Source: a virus (Duplodnaviria > Heunggongvirae > Uroviricota > Caudoviricetes). From it: a stretch of 21,926 nt of DNA. The notes below the pieces were generated by a model. That model saw only the letters and a list, made by a program, of their open reading frames with translations, did no database searches and had not been told where the DNA came from. The stretch is taken from the IMG/VR virus record IMGVR_UViG_2585427776_000012; one strand, given 5' to 3'. A program made the translations under genes and the position numbers. Below are positions 1 to 9,042 of this stretch, piece by piece. Every line of letters starts with the position of its first letter. Within the stretch, counting starts at the first letter, position 1.

Positions 1-1119
1 TCAAATAACCAACTTAACCCATTCCTGACCTCGAGTATCGTTATAGCGATCGGTGGTTGCCTGGACTTTATGTCCTAGTAATGTTTTTGTATCGATACCC
101 TGTGCACGGTACAGCCGTTCTGATAGAGAGCGTTGTTCATGAAATGTTGGCGGAGTTTTTCCTGCTGGTGGAATTATCCCAGCCAGATCCCGTGCTTTGG
201 CAAAGTAGTCGCTCAGGTTGTCTTTACTCATCGGCTTCGGTTGTTTCTGGTGCCGACTATGGATTAGATATGGACTTAATATTCTGTCTCGGCACCCATC
301 AATAACTTCTTTTAACGTTATCCCAATGGCATCACAGCGTAGTGTAAGCGGTAACGCCAGACGCATTCCGGTTTTTCCCTGGGTGATATGCAAGTGTTCG
401 TTCCACACATCTGAAAAACGCATGTGGCAAATGTCATCACGGCGCTGACCAGTAACAATCGCAAGAAGCATTGCGTTACGGATAAAGTGTTTTTCAGGCG
501 TTGCATTGTAAATTTTTTGCCAGTCTTCCATGGTGAGCCTGGCTCTGGTTACTTTAGGGATCGGTTTACGGGTAGCCTCCGGAGGATTCCATCCAGGAGG
601 AACTTCCCCTGCATGCTGTGCTTCTTTATAAATATCAACCCATAATCCACGATTTACTCTCGCTGTGCTGACCATGTCTTTATCCAGCCACTCATCCAGT
701 ATTAATGCAAAGTCTCTTACTTCCAGTTCTTTCAATGGGTGGTTTCCCAGACGGGAAACCAGGTATGCAGCCATTCGAGTTTTTTCTTTGTGAGTTGTAG
801 CTGCAATATCTCCATTTTTCAGTCGCGTGTCCTGTATTTTCAGATATCGATCAACCCATGCCTTTAATCTGATACCCCGACGTTTTGTTGCTGACGGACT
901 TTCATCAATTTTGCGCATGAAATATTCAGCTTCTGCTGCAGCTATTCGCTGATTGGCTGTGGAAGCGATTTTTTCTGCCTTACCTTTGTCTGTTCCGAGT
1001 CCGTGAAATTTTCCAGTCACAGGATTTTTATACTGGTAGTAAACTCTGCCAGTTCTGCGATCAAACTTTTCGTAAAGACCGGCTACGTCAGTGCTGTTTT
1101 TTCGTGGCCTCGGTGACAT
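1..1119 (-). CDS. int: Phage tyrosine integrase (lambda Int family)
   Basis: 372-aa ORF at the prophage end. C-terminal region has the tyrosine-recombinase pattern (HxxR-type box, LLGHK...DRY motif). GGAG-type RBS upstream of the ATG at 1117-1119. Partner excisionase lies immediately upstream. Confidence 0.9.
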   Translation of the reverse strand: MSPRPRKNSTDVAGLYEKFDRRTGRVYYQYKNPVTGKFHGLGTDKGKAEKIASTANQRIAAAEAEYFMRKIDESPSATKRRGIRLKAWVDRYLKIQDTRLKNGDIAATTHKEKTRMAAYLVSRLGNHPLKELEVRDFALILDEWLDKDMVSTARVNRGLWVDIYKEAQHAGEVPPGWNPPEATRKPIPKVTRARLTMEDWQKIYNATPEKHFIRNAMLLAIVTGQRRDDICHMRFSDVWNEHLHITQGKTGMRLALPLTLRCDAIGITLKEVIDGCRDRILSPYLIHSRHQKQPKPMSKDNLSDYFAKARDLAGIIPPAGKTPPTFHEQRSLSERLYRAQGIDTKTLLGHKVQATTDRYNDTRGQEWVKLVI

Positions 1120-1366
1120 GAGTTAAAATCTCCTTCAGTGCATCATCATCGCCAGTATGAATTTCCGGCGCAATTCCCGTTTCACCAGGCCCAACAAATA
1201 CTGCTCGGCGATCTATCAGCCAACGCCCACGAATTTTTTGTGGTCTTGGAACGATGTATCCTAGTTTTCCGTATTTCACCAGGGTAGTGTTTGTTATTGG
1301 GAGACTGAACCGTTTTGGTTTCCACTCGTCGAGCGTTATCAGGTACTGTTCGCTCATGGCTATCAC
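1088..1366 (-). CDS. xis: Excisionase (Xis-like)
   Basis: 92-aa ORF overlapping the int start by about 30 nt. N-terminus YLITLDEW resembles the lambda Xis opening YLTLQEW. Start may be the internal ATG at 1357. Confidence 0.7.
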   Translation of the reverse strand: MIAMSEQYLITLDEWKPKRFSLPITNTTLVKYGKLGYIVPRPQKIRGRWLIDRRAVFVGPGETGIAPEIHTGDDDALKEILTHVTEATKKQH

Positions 1367-1418
1367 TCCGGAACGCGCCAGTTGCAGAATATCAACGACA
1401 ACTGGCGACGGTTGAACA

Positions 1419-3911
1419 TTAAAAATCAGCCTGACTCGGGATCAGTTTTTGCCAGATAACTGAAACGTATTTTGCCTGGTAACGGGCGTCATCAAGTGCA
1501 TTATGGCGCTCACCTTCGAATGGAATAGCCGTTCTGGCATCGAAGTCTATGGCTTTCCCCAGCTCAACGATTGTGCGTACATCGCGATCGTTGTAGTAAC
1601 GCCATGGGCAGGGGATCCCCTGCCGTTCGTATGAACGGCGCAAAATCGTGTTGTCGAAGTTGGCTCCATTTCCCCAAACCTGAACAAAAAATTCACCGGA
1701 GTTTTCGTCGATAAATTCTCGCAATTGTAACAGTGCATCATCTAACGGGATTTCATCGGTCATAATGGCAGATTGCGCTTCGCGTGATTGCTTAAGCCAC
1801 CATTTAATGGTGTCCCGATCAATGACTCCGCCAGCAGTTTCCAGATCGATAGTCTTACTAAATTCCGGTCCCATATCTCCGGTTTGCGGATCGAAAAATA
1901 TTGCACCTATTGAGATAATCGGGGCATCAGGATTTTTTCCCATGGTTTTAAGGTCGATCATTAGATGGTCACACGTCCTGCTGGTGGATGTGATAAGGTG
2001 ATGACCGTTCACCGTAATTAAGGGATCTGCCGTCTCGCCAGTTTCACTATCGCTGGCGTGATCCTGAGCGCTGCCAGCATTCTCCTTGTGTGGATGTTCA
2101 GCGCCTTCCATTTCCTTTGGATCATTTTCCTGAACTTCAACCTGATTCTCTTCATCGAATGTTTCCTGGTATGTTGCATCACCCATCACCGCGCCACAAT
2201 CAGGGCAGTTGCCGCCGCCGGTCTGACCGCAGGCGGTGCAGACTTTTTCCACTTCCTGTTGCGCTACTGGTTCAGGCTGTTTCGTTTCTGGCTCGTTTTG
2301 TAACGCATTTGGACTGTTTTGTTCCGCTTTTTGGTAGTTCCGTTCCGCTTTTTGGTAGTTCCGTTCCGATTCATGCTGGTTCTGGTTCACAGAATCGCGG
2401 GTCTGGAGCCCCTTAACCCATTTCGGATCATTCGGGTCGCTAATCCCTGCAACAAATTCTCCGCGAGAGGCAGCAAGCAACTTATCGGCGTCAGGCTGGC
2501 TGATATTGGCTGCCTGCATAATTTTGTTTACTTCGTCAGCGGTAACTTTTACCGGCTCTGGTTGTGCGGTCGTGTCAGATGCACCAGTATTTTGTTGTGA
2601 ACCTGAGTACGTGCCGTTTTTACGTGCGAAGTATTCCTCTTTTGTGATTTCCGTAGCTCCCAAGGCTAGTGCTTTTTCCAGACCAGAAAGTTTGTTTGCG
2701 CGACCGTATTTTTCGCCATCCTTGTCGGTGAAGAGGAAGTAGAACGGCCCCTCACGCTCTACAGATGGTTCGACTTCCACTTTGCATTCGGTTTTTTCGT
2801 TGCCCGGAATTGCCGTTTCCACTGCATCAGTTTCTGGTACTGGCGACGAGAGAGTATCAGTTGCGCTCTGATTTCTTCCTTCATCTTCAAACACGCCCTT
2901 TGTAGTCAGGTATTCAGTAATGTATTTGTTCAGTGCCACAGGGTCTTTGTGAATGTCGATCGGACGTTCACGGACAAGGCCAAAAATAGTCTGGCGGTCG
3001 TAGCGAAGGGCATCAGGCTGTTTGCGCATTGATGCCGAGATACGCTTCCAGTCTTCGCGGTCGTTGTCGATAACTTCTTTTTTTGCCCAGCGATGGATGC
3101 TGCCGTCAATGTTTCCGGCATCCACATCACCAGGCCAGAGAGCGTAGGCCAGTTCGTCATCCAGTGTTTTCCATGTCTGCTTGTATTCGCGATGAATGGC
3201 AGCAATGACCGGGCTGATTTTTCCTGTTGAATTTTCAGTGTACTGTTGATTGGCTCTGGCGCGGGCGAGATCAACAACAGACGTGTATTTTCCGGTTTCC
3301 TTGCGTTCACCTTCGCGACGTTTTTTCCAGATGCGCATCTCTGCCTGAATTTCGGGCCATTTAGCACCAGGAATACATTTATGCTTAACCCACCCAATGG
3401 CGTGCAACTTAAGCTCCGGATACATGGCGTTAACTTCTGGCATTTTCATCAACGCTTCAACGATATGTCCGTCGAATGTTGCCATGTCTTCCTGCAACAA
3501 TTCCTGTGCGCTAATAACCATATCAACGGTGATGTTTTCACATGTGTCGAACTTAACCATGACAGCGTTCTGTACTTCAGGGGCCAGCTTGTCAAAAGTG
3601 ACGTTCATCGGATCGGATTCAGTCTCAACCGGGACAAAAGAAGCAGACTCCTCATCCCAGCGGTTTTCCTGCATATATTCAGCATCCCATGAATCGAGGG
3701 CAGGGCGGGGTATGCCAGGTTTATCCTCGCAGACAATAAATTTATAAGCGCAGTCCTGAGCAGCCGGATAATGTTCCAGGAATTGCCAGTGAAATTTTGC
3801 TCGAGCACGGCGTTCGTCGCCAGCTTCAATGGCTGTAGCTACAGCCACAGCGCTATCTTCTTTTATGGCCTGTTCGTCAGGAATAGCAGCGCAAATAAAG
3901 ACTTTACTCAT
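1419..3911 (-). CDS. Putative phage exonuclease, 830 aa, with C-terminal DEDD-type 3'-5' exonuclease-like domain and internal Cys4 zinc-ribbon
   Basis: Long ORF with RBS GAGGT 8 nt before the ATG. C-terminal motifs NGANFDNTIL and HNALDDARYQAKY resemble DnaQ/RNase T-like exonuclease motifs. CTACGQTGGGNCPDCG is zinc-ribbon-like. Sits in the recE/exo position of the early-left operon. Confidence 0.7.
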   Translation of the reverse strand: MSKVFICAAIPDEQAIKEDSAVAVATAIEAGDERRARAKFHWQFLEHYPAAQDCAYKFIVCEDKPGIPRPALDSWDAEYMQENRWDEESASFVPVETESDPMNVTFDKLAPEVQNAVMVKFDTCENITVDMVISAQELLQEDMATFDGHIVEALMKMPEVNAMYPELKLHAIGWVKHKCIPGAKWPEIQAEMRIWKKRREGERKETGKYTSVVDLARARANQQYTENSTGKISPVIAAIHREYKQTWKTLDDELAYALWPGDVDAGNIDGSIHRWAKKEVIDNDREDWKRISASMRKQPDALRYDRQTIFGLVRERPIDIHKDPVALNKYITEYLTTKGVFEDEGRNQSATDTLSSPVPETDAVETAIPGNEKTECKVEVEPSVEREGPFYFLFTDKDGEKYGRANKLSGLEKALALGATEITKEEYFARKNGTYSGSQQNTGASDTTAQPEPVKVTADEVNKIMQAANISQPDADKLLAASRGEFVAGISDPNDPKWVKGLQTRDSVNQNQHESERNYQKAERNYQKAEQNSPNALQNEPETKQPEPVAQQEVEKVCTACGQTGGGNCPDCGAVMGDATYQETFDEENQVEVQENDPKEMEGAEHPHKENAGSAQDHASDSETGETADPLITVNGHHLITSTSRTCDHLMIDLKTMGKNPDAPIISIGAIFFDPQTGDMGPEFSKTIDLETAGGVIDRDTIKWWLKQSREAQSAIMTDEIPLDDALLQLREFIDENSGEFFVQVWGNGANFDNTILRRSYERQGIPCPWRYYNDRDVRTIVELGKAIDFDARTAIPFEGERHNALDDARYQAKYVSVIWQKLIPSQADF
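2321..2368. repeat. Tandem 21-bp direct repeat (2.3 copies) inside the exonuclease gene
   Basis: GTTCCGCTTTTTGGTAGTTCC repeated twice plus a partial third unit; encodes the duplicated peptide NYQKAER in the low-complexity linker. Confidence 0.8.
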
Positions 3912-4003
3912 TTTGTTTTACCTCATTACAGATTTAAGGGTGAACAAATCCCTGCCATTGCTGGCATATAAGAATGAAACCGGATATTTATTACGGAACT
4001 GTT

Positions 4004-4195
4004 TTAAAGACCTGCCGGGATTTCGTTATTATCCTGGTGAATAACTTTATCGACCGGGTAACAGTTACCGGGAATTTTCTGTTCGGTTGCTGCAGTCACA
4101 CACTCCTGCATTGTCCTGTGAACACTGACTGCAATATCAACTGGCTCTCCGGAAACAAGAAAAACTGTCAGAACAAGTGCAAATGCTGTATTCAT
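4004..4195 (-). CDS. Small secreted or membrane-anchored protein (63 aa, N-terminal signal-peptide-like segment, two Cys)
   Basis: ATG overlaps the stop of the upstream small gene (ATGA overlap), AAGGA 9 nt upstream. Hydrophobic N-terminus MNTAFALVLTVFLVSG. The ORF track extends it to 4249, but the internal start is better supported. Confidence 0.5.
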   Translation of the reverse strand: MNTAFALVLTVFLVSGEPVDIAVSVHRTMQECVTAATEQKIPGNCYPVDKVIHQDNNEIPAGL

Positions 4196-4380
4196 TGCCA
4201 GCATCCTTTTTGTATCGGACGTAAACGGGCCAGCATTGAAAGAATGCATATTTTATTTAATAGCTCCCGTTCGTGTTTTCTCTTGTTAATGGCATCTTCA
4301 GTAAATACAGGGTTACTGATAGTGACACCAATTTCAAAACAACCTTCAGACGTATTAACGTTTGGTAATAACGTTTCCAT
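4192..4380 (-). CDS. Small hypothetical protein (62 aa), translationally coupled to the downstream small gene
   Basis: GAGGA RBS 7 nt before the ATG at 4380; stop overlaps the next start. ORF track gives a longer 97-aa frame; the start is chosen on RBS. Confidence 0.45.
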   Translation of the reverse strand: METLLPNVNTSEGCFEIGVTISNPVFTEDAINKRKHERELLNKICILSMLARLRPIQKGCWQ

Positions 4381-4946
4381 TATCGCGTCCTCAACAATGA
4401 ATTTTGTGATGCGGTGCCTGGTGCCTCCAGGTGACGTTAACCAGTTAACAATTAACGCCGGATACAGAGAATCCACCCATAACACTGTTTTTGGTTTTAA
4501 CTGTTCCGCGTGCGCTCAGCCGCATTCACCACATCACAAAATTCACTTTAAAAAGGGCGGCAGAGCAGTCACGGAGTAAAACTGATACCGCCAAACGTCA
4601 CCAGAAAATTGATAACAGAGGGCGTTGCAGCGGGGTTGTCACTTAAGCGTATGGTCAACCTGACAACCCGGTGTCCTCAACGGGGGAAGGAATAACCCCG
4701 CCATACTTACCGCCGCGCCATTTCGCGGATTGCCACAACCGGAAGCGCACGGTCGACGAAAATTTAACGACAGGCTATCTATGAACCAGCTACCTCGCCG
4801 TGCGCTTTCGCGTTATGGTCTGACTTTTCAGGGAAATATCCTTTCAGTAAACTGTCAGTGCCGGATTCTTATCCGTGTCCGGCGCACGACCACACGCTGT
4901 CACGAGAGGTCTCCATTCTCAACCAGTAACCTCAATGGAGGATAAA

Positions 4947-5141
4947 ATGTCAGAGCAGGAGTTAAAACTTGGTGCATGTTATTGTGTTCTCAAGGAGCTG
5001 GTACACATGCTTCCATCTACTCAGTATCAACAGTTAGTTGGCAATTTAAATCAGCGAATCGAAGCTATGTTAAAATCTGATGGTTTTAATAACGTAGAAA
5101 CGCTGATGCTAAAAAGATATCTTGATGGATTAATCAGATAA
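4947..5141 (+). CDS. Small hypothetical protein (64 aa), opposite in orientation to the early-left operon
   Basis: Strong RBS GGAGG 5 nt before the ATG at 4947. 3' end overlaps, convergently, the 3' end of the 116-aa minus-strand gene. No recognisable motif. Confidence 0.5.
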   Translation: MSEQELKLGACYCVLKELVHMLPSTQYQQLVGNLNQRIEAMLKSDGFNNVETLMLKRYLDGLIR

Positions 5142-5480
5142 CATTTTTTTACGGCGTTCATATTCGTTAATATTTATGAAGCCTGTTGCCAGAAGCAGTT
5201 CGTTAATTTCATGGTTGTTTGGCTGTTTCTGGCTCTTTGAACTGGGATCTTCCACTTCTTTTTCTGCAAATTGTTTTGCTGTATCCTCTGTGCCATGGAT
5301 ATTTAAAGCTGTATCTGAAAACAGCCCAGTAAACGCATCGCGCACATTACGAGCCATATTATCAGTGTCTTTTTTTGTTACCGATTCCAATTCAAGTTCG
5401 TTCAGACGATGACGAAGTGTGTGTGCTGCAATCTCCTGGATTGAAGGAGGTAAATCTTTAAATTCCATCGTCAACCTCAT
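5130..5480 (-). CDS. Hypothetical early-left protein (112-116 aa)
   Basis: ORF in the early-left operon. Likely start is the ATG at 5468 (MEFKDLPP...) with GAGG upstream; the upstream gene's stop overlaps the alternative ATG at 5480. Confidence 0.5.
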   Translation of the reverse strand: MRLTMEFKDLPPSIQEIAAHTLRHRLNELELESVTKKDTDNMARNVRDAFTGLFSDTALNIHGTEDTAKQFAEKEVEDPSSKSQKQPNNHEINELLLATGFININEYERRKKMLSD

Positions 5481-5713
5481 CAGTCAGTGTTTCTGGTTAA
5501 CCAGCGACGCGCGCCAGCTTCAGTTTTAAACGTTTTGCTTCTGGTATATGTCATCGCGGTAAACGTGCCGTCCTGGTTGGGAAACACGCCGCATACCAGA
5601 GATTCGTTGTTGCCAAGCTCGATAGTATCCATGCTGACCTCATTTCCCCTTAACGCCGGGGTAGCGGAACAAAAACCTGCTGCATAGTTATTAAAGTTGA
5701 ACCCTGCCGTCAT
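5480..5713 (-). CDS. Hypothetical early-left protein (77 aa, or 50 aa from the internal start at 5632)
   Basis: First ORF downstream of the presumed pL region. The internal ATG at 5632 has the better RBS (GAGGT). Function unknown. Confidence 0.45.
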   Translation of the reverse strand: MTAGFNFNNYAAGFCSATPALRGNEVSMDTIELGNNESLVCGVFPNQDGTFTAMTYTRSKTFKTEAGARRWLTRNTD

Positions 5714-5924
5714 GTTCTTACGCCTCGGGCTGGCTACTTAACCCCTGACCACTGCCTGGTAACTCGAAGTATTGCCCTGCATTCTGTGGGGTGGGGAGAG
5801 GGAATGAATTAAGTTTAGTAAAATGAACTTTTCAGGTCAATGTTTTTTTATCAAAACATTTTAAGCAGGCAGCTGTTAAGCCATCACCACGATGGCATAC
5901 AGTTAATCAAATAGATGAGGTCGG

Positions 5925-6563
5925 TTAAATATTTTGTTGAATTTTAAAGCATACGCCCAATATGCAAGATAGATCATCCAGCATAATTGAAGGGTAGCGA
6001 GGATTCGTGGGGACTAAAAGAATATCCGGCCCTTCTATCTCCAGTTTACGAATGACAGGTGTTGTGGTCCCTTTGGGTAAGGCAAGGACAATATTTCCTG
6101 GTTGTACGGTTCGATCGGGATCAACAAAAACTGTTGAACCATTTGGGATGGAAACTCCCCCACCAGATGTTGACATACTGTCACTCTCTAGAACAACTGC
6201 AAAGGTATTGGCCGGGATTTCTCCGACAAGCTGCACACAAGAGGTTATTGAGGAATTTTTCATATAATCACTCCAGCTTGCTGCCTGCTGAAGTGATAGT
6301 AGCGGAACCGTTTTTATCGGCGGTAAAGATAGATCAAGCGAATCACCTGTATTTAACTCTCCTCCATTAAGAAGCCAATTTTCGTTTACTTTCAATATTT
6401 TTGCCAGTGAACTTATGTAACGCGAGGACGGCGCTCCTCCACCGTTCATCCATTGACTTACGGAGCCTTTTGATGCGCCAGTGGCATTGACAAGGTCTTT
6501 GCCTTTCAGGTTTAGCGCATGCATACGTTGGGTTATGCGTTCAGATATTGTTTGCTTGTTCAT
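5925..6563 (-). CDS. cI-like prophage repressor (N-terminal HTH, C-terminal LexA/S24 peptidase-like domain)
   Basis: 212-aa ORF divergent from the cro-like gene. N-terminal HTH-like segment (GASKGSVSQWMNG...). C-terminal region is S24-like (SMSTSGG ... IRK). Confidence 0.8.
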   Translation of the reverse strand: MNKQTISERITQRMHALNLKGKDLVNATGASKGSVSQWMNGGGAPSSRYISSLAKILKVNENWLLNGGELNTGDSLDLSLPPIKTVPLLSLQQAASWSDYMKNSSITSCVQLVGEIPANTFAVVLESDSMSTSGGGVSIPNGSTVFVDPDRTVQPGNIVLALPKGTTTPVIRKLEIEGPDILLVPTNPRYPSIMLDDLSCILGVCFKIQQNI

Positions 6564-6655
6564 GTTTTGATTTTAAAACACAGATGGTTTTGTTTCTTGA
6601 CTTTCTTTGGTTTTGATTATTAAACTTTTGGCGTTCAGTTTTATGGAGCGACTCA
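6564..6655. promoter_or_regulatory. Divergent immunity-region promoter/operator interval (pRM/pR analogue)
   Basis: 92-bp AT-rich spacer between the divergent repressor and cro-like genes, with repeated TTTTGATT-type motifs and a TTTTAAAA palindrome. Operators not individually resolved. Confidence 0.5.
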
Positions 6656-6897
6656 TGAAAAAATCAGAAGTATTAGGCTATTTTGGCGGAGTTGTTAAAA
6701 CAGCCGCAGCTCTAGGAACGTCAAAAACCACAGTCAGCATGTGGGGGGAAGAGGTTCCGTGGAAATGGGCGTTGCTAATTCAGGCAGTCACTGCCGGGGC
6801 GCTCAAATATGAGTTACACATACCGACGGTTGTCATTCCCGGTTCTGATCATAATCCGCCTTCTAACCAAGGGGGGATTCATGAAAATCAAGCATGA
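6656..6897 (+). CDS. Cro-like HTH regulator (YdaS-family-like)
   Basis: 80-aa ORF with GGAG RBS 6 nt before the ATG at 6656. HTH-like segment TAAALGTSKTTVSMW. First gene of the rightward operon, divergent from the repressor. Confidence 0.7.
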
Positions 6898-7306
6898 ACA
6901 CATCCGCATGGCGATGAATGCCTGGGCGCGTCCTGATGGCGAAAAAGTTCCGGCAGCTGGAATAACCCAGGCTTATTTTGAGTTGGGTATGACGTTTCCT
7001 GAACTGTACGACGACAGCCATCCGGAAGCCCTGGCTCGCAATACCCAGAAAATTTTCCGCTGGATAGAGAAAGACACCCCTGATGCAGTTGAAAAAATTC
7101 AGGCGTTGTTACCAGCGATCGAAAAGGCAATGCCACCTTTGCTGGTGGCCAGAATGCGCAGCCACAGTTCAGCTTATTTTCGGGAGCTGGTGGAGACGCG
7201 GGAGCGACTGGTGAGAGACGCTGATGATTTTGTCGCAGTGGCAATCGCCGGTTTCAATCAGATGAACCGTGGTGGCCCGGCAGGAAATGCTGTGGCAGTA
7301 CATTGA
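6881..7306 (+). CDS. YdaT-like (CII-position) regulator
   Basis: 141-aa ORF overlapping the cro-like 3' end. RBS AAGGGGGGA before the ATG at 6881. N-terminus MKIKHEHI recalled as typical of Rac YdaT-type proteins (from memory, not searched). Confidence 0.6.
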   Translation: MKIKHEHIRMAMNAWARPDGEKVPAAGITQAYFELGMTFPELYDDSHPEALARNTQKIFRWIEKDTPDAVEKIQALLPAIEKAMPPLLVARMRSHSSAYFRELVETRERLVRDADDFVAVAIAGFNQMNRGGPAGNAVAVH

Positions 7307-7377
7307 CTGACAATAGCCATATCGAATCGCTTCCGGCAACTCGTGAGTAAAAAGATTCGGTATCAGAAGAGGTGAGT

Positions 7378-8448
7378 ATGGCTAACGCCTGGCTCAGATT
7401 ATGGCATGACATGCCAAATGACCCTAAGTGGCGAACAATTGCCAGGGTGTCAGGGCGGCCAATTGCAACAGTGATGGCAGTGTATATCCACCTCCTGGTG
7501 AGCGCGTCACGAAATGTCACGCGAGGTCACATTGATGTCACGACAGAAGATTTGGCAAGTGCGCTCGACGTGACAGAAGAGGTAATTGATTCAATTTTGC
7601 AGACGATGCAGGGGCGGGGACTTGATGGTGATTTAATCACTGGATGGGAAAAACGCCAGGTGCTTAAAGAGGACAACGGCAATATTTCGCAAACCGCAAA
7701 ATCTCCTGCAGAGCGCAAGAGGGCGCAGCGAGAGAGGGAAAGAAAGCGGGAACAAAATGGCGATTGTCACGGCGCGTCACGAAATGTCACGCACATGTCA
7801 CGACGAGTCACGACAGATAAAGATACAGATAAAGATACAGATCAAGAAGATCAAAACACTATGGTCCATGGCGTAAAAAACGCCACGAACCAGGCAGGGG
7901 ATGTTCAGACCGTCAATCTTGGTCAGCCAGCAGGCACGACACCGGAAGCCGATTCAGCGTATGCGCTGAAAGCCGATTCGGGCGCTGTGCAGCAGGTGAT
8001 GACCGCAAGGCCGGAGCAATCACACCAACTGCAGCAGCCCGAAGCCGATTCCGCCATTCAGCGGGAAGCCGATCGGGTAGTCCCGGAAAACACCGGGCAG
8101 TCTGTGGGACGAGTGGATTATCCGGATGTGTTCGAACAGGTCTGGCGGGAGTACCCGTTGCGTGCTGGGGCAAACCCGAAGAAATCCGCTTTCAGTGCCT
8201 GGAAGGCCAGATTACGCGAGGGGGTGCCACCAGAGGCCATGCTGGATGGCGTGAGGCGTTACGCAAGATACTTGGCGGCTACCGGGAAAACGGGAACGGA
8301 ATTTGTTCAGCGAGCGACGACGTTTTTTGGACCGGACCGGAATTTTGAGAACCCCTGGTTGCTCCCGGTAAGCGGCACGAACAACCAGCGTTGTGTGAAT
8401 CATATTTCTGAACCGGATAACGAAATTCCGCCGGGCTTCAGGGGGTAA
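7378..8448 (+). CDS. Replication initiator-like protein (YdaU/DUF1376-like, O-protein position) carrying internal origin iterons
   Basis: RBS GAAGAGG before the ATG at 7378. N-terminus MANAWLRLWHDMPNDPKWR recalled as YdaU-like. Gene contains two iteron clusters and an AT-rich repeat, as lambda O contains ori-lambda. Confidence 0.65.
   Translation: MANAWLRLWHDMPNDPKWRTIARVSGRPIATVMAVYIHLLVSASRNVTRGHIDVTTEDLASALDVTEEVIDSILQTMQGRGLDGDLITGWEKRQVLKEDNGNISQTAKSPAERKRAQRERERKREQNGDCHGASRNVTHMSRRVTTDKDTDKDTDQEDQNTMVHGVKNATNQAGDVQTVNLGQPAGTTPEADSAYALKADSGAVQQVMTARPEQSHQLQQPEADSAIQREADRVVPENTGQSVGRVDYPDVFEQVWREYPLRAGANPKKSAFSAWKARLREGVPPEAMLDGVRRYARYLAATGKTGTEFVQRATTFFGPDRNFENPWLLPVSGTNNQRCVNHISEPDNEIPPGFRG
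7504..7850. repeat. Candidate replication origin: two clusters of GTCACG iterons at about 10-bp phasing plus an AT-rich tandem repeat
   Basis: Cluster 1 around 7504-7546 and cluster 2 around 7765-7816 (5 evenly spaced copies: tGTCACGgcgcGTCACGaaatGTCACGcacatGTCACGacgaGTCACG). Immediately followed by ATAAAGATACAG x2 and an A-rich tract (7817-7850). Confidence 0.7.
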
Positions 8449-8488
8449 GTGTTAATTTCTGGTCATGAGGTAATTTTCAGGAGGGCTT

Positions 8489-8911
8489 GTGGCAAAAGTT
8501 TTTACACAAGAAGAGCGGGAAAAAATTAAAGGACAGGTTGTTGAACTCGTACGCCAGAGTGGGCGTGAGACGTTACGGCAACTGGAAGTCAAGACAGGTG
8601 CGACAAGATATCTGATGAGCGTTCTCGCAAGAGAGCTGGTTGCCAGCGGCGATGTATGCAACTCTGGTTACGGGTTATTCCCGTCTGAACAGGCGCGTAA
8701 GGACTGGCAAAATGCCCGTAAAAAGCTCTCAAGGGCAAAGCTGAAGAAACCATCTGCGGTTGATCCGGACCTTATCTGGTCATTACCTGACGGAGAAATA
8801 CGTCGCTACGACAGGCGTCAGAACATAATCTGTCGCGAGTGCCGGAAGAGTGAAGTTATGCAGCGCATATTGTCGTTTTATCAGGGTGATGTTCGGTATT
8901 TATTGAAGTGA
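8489..8911 (+). CDS. Hypothetical protein (140 aa) downstream of the replication gene
   Basis: GTG start at 8489 with AGGAGG 6 nt upstream. Basic, helical; no recognisable catalytic motif. Occupies the position where a helicase loader (P/DnaC-like) would usually be. Confidence 0.55.
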   Translation: MAKVFTQEEREKIKGQVVELVRQSGRETLRQLEVKTGATRYLMSVLARELVASGDVCNSGYGLFPSEQARKDWQNARKKLSRAKLKKPSAVDPDLIWSLPDGEIRRYDRRQNIICRECRKSEVMQRILSFYQGDVRYLLK

Positions 8912-9042
8912 CGAGATTAAAGTGCATTAGTTCAGATGCAAATTGACATTTTGTGGCACAGGGTAGAGCTAGCGTGGTTGTCCGCTTTGTGCCAATAGCG
9001 GACATTGCTGGCTCATGGTATGTTAGTTTAAGGAGGCAGGTT

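Noticed and set aside
3974-4579. 201-aa plus-strand ORF
   Set aside because: No RBS, Cys/His-rich low-complexity translation, and it lies antisense to two better-supported, translationally coupled minus-strand genes and the exonuclease start region.
8953-9042. N-terminal extension of cargo gene A in the ORF track (start at 8953)
   Set aside because: No start codon with an RBS at 8953; the composition shift and RBS support a start at 9043 or 9103.
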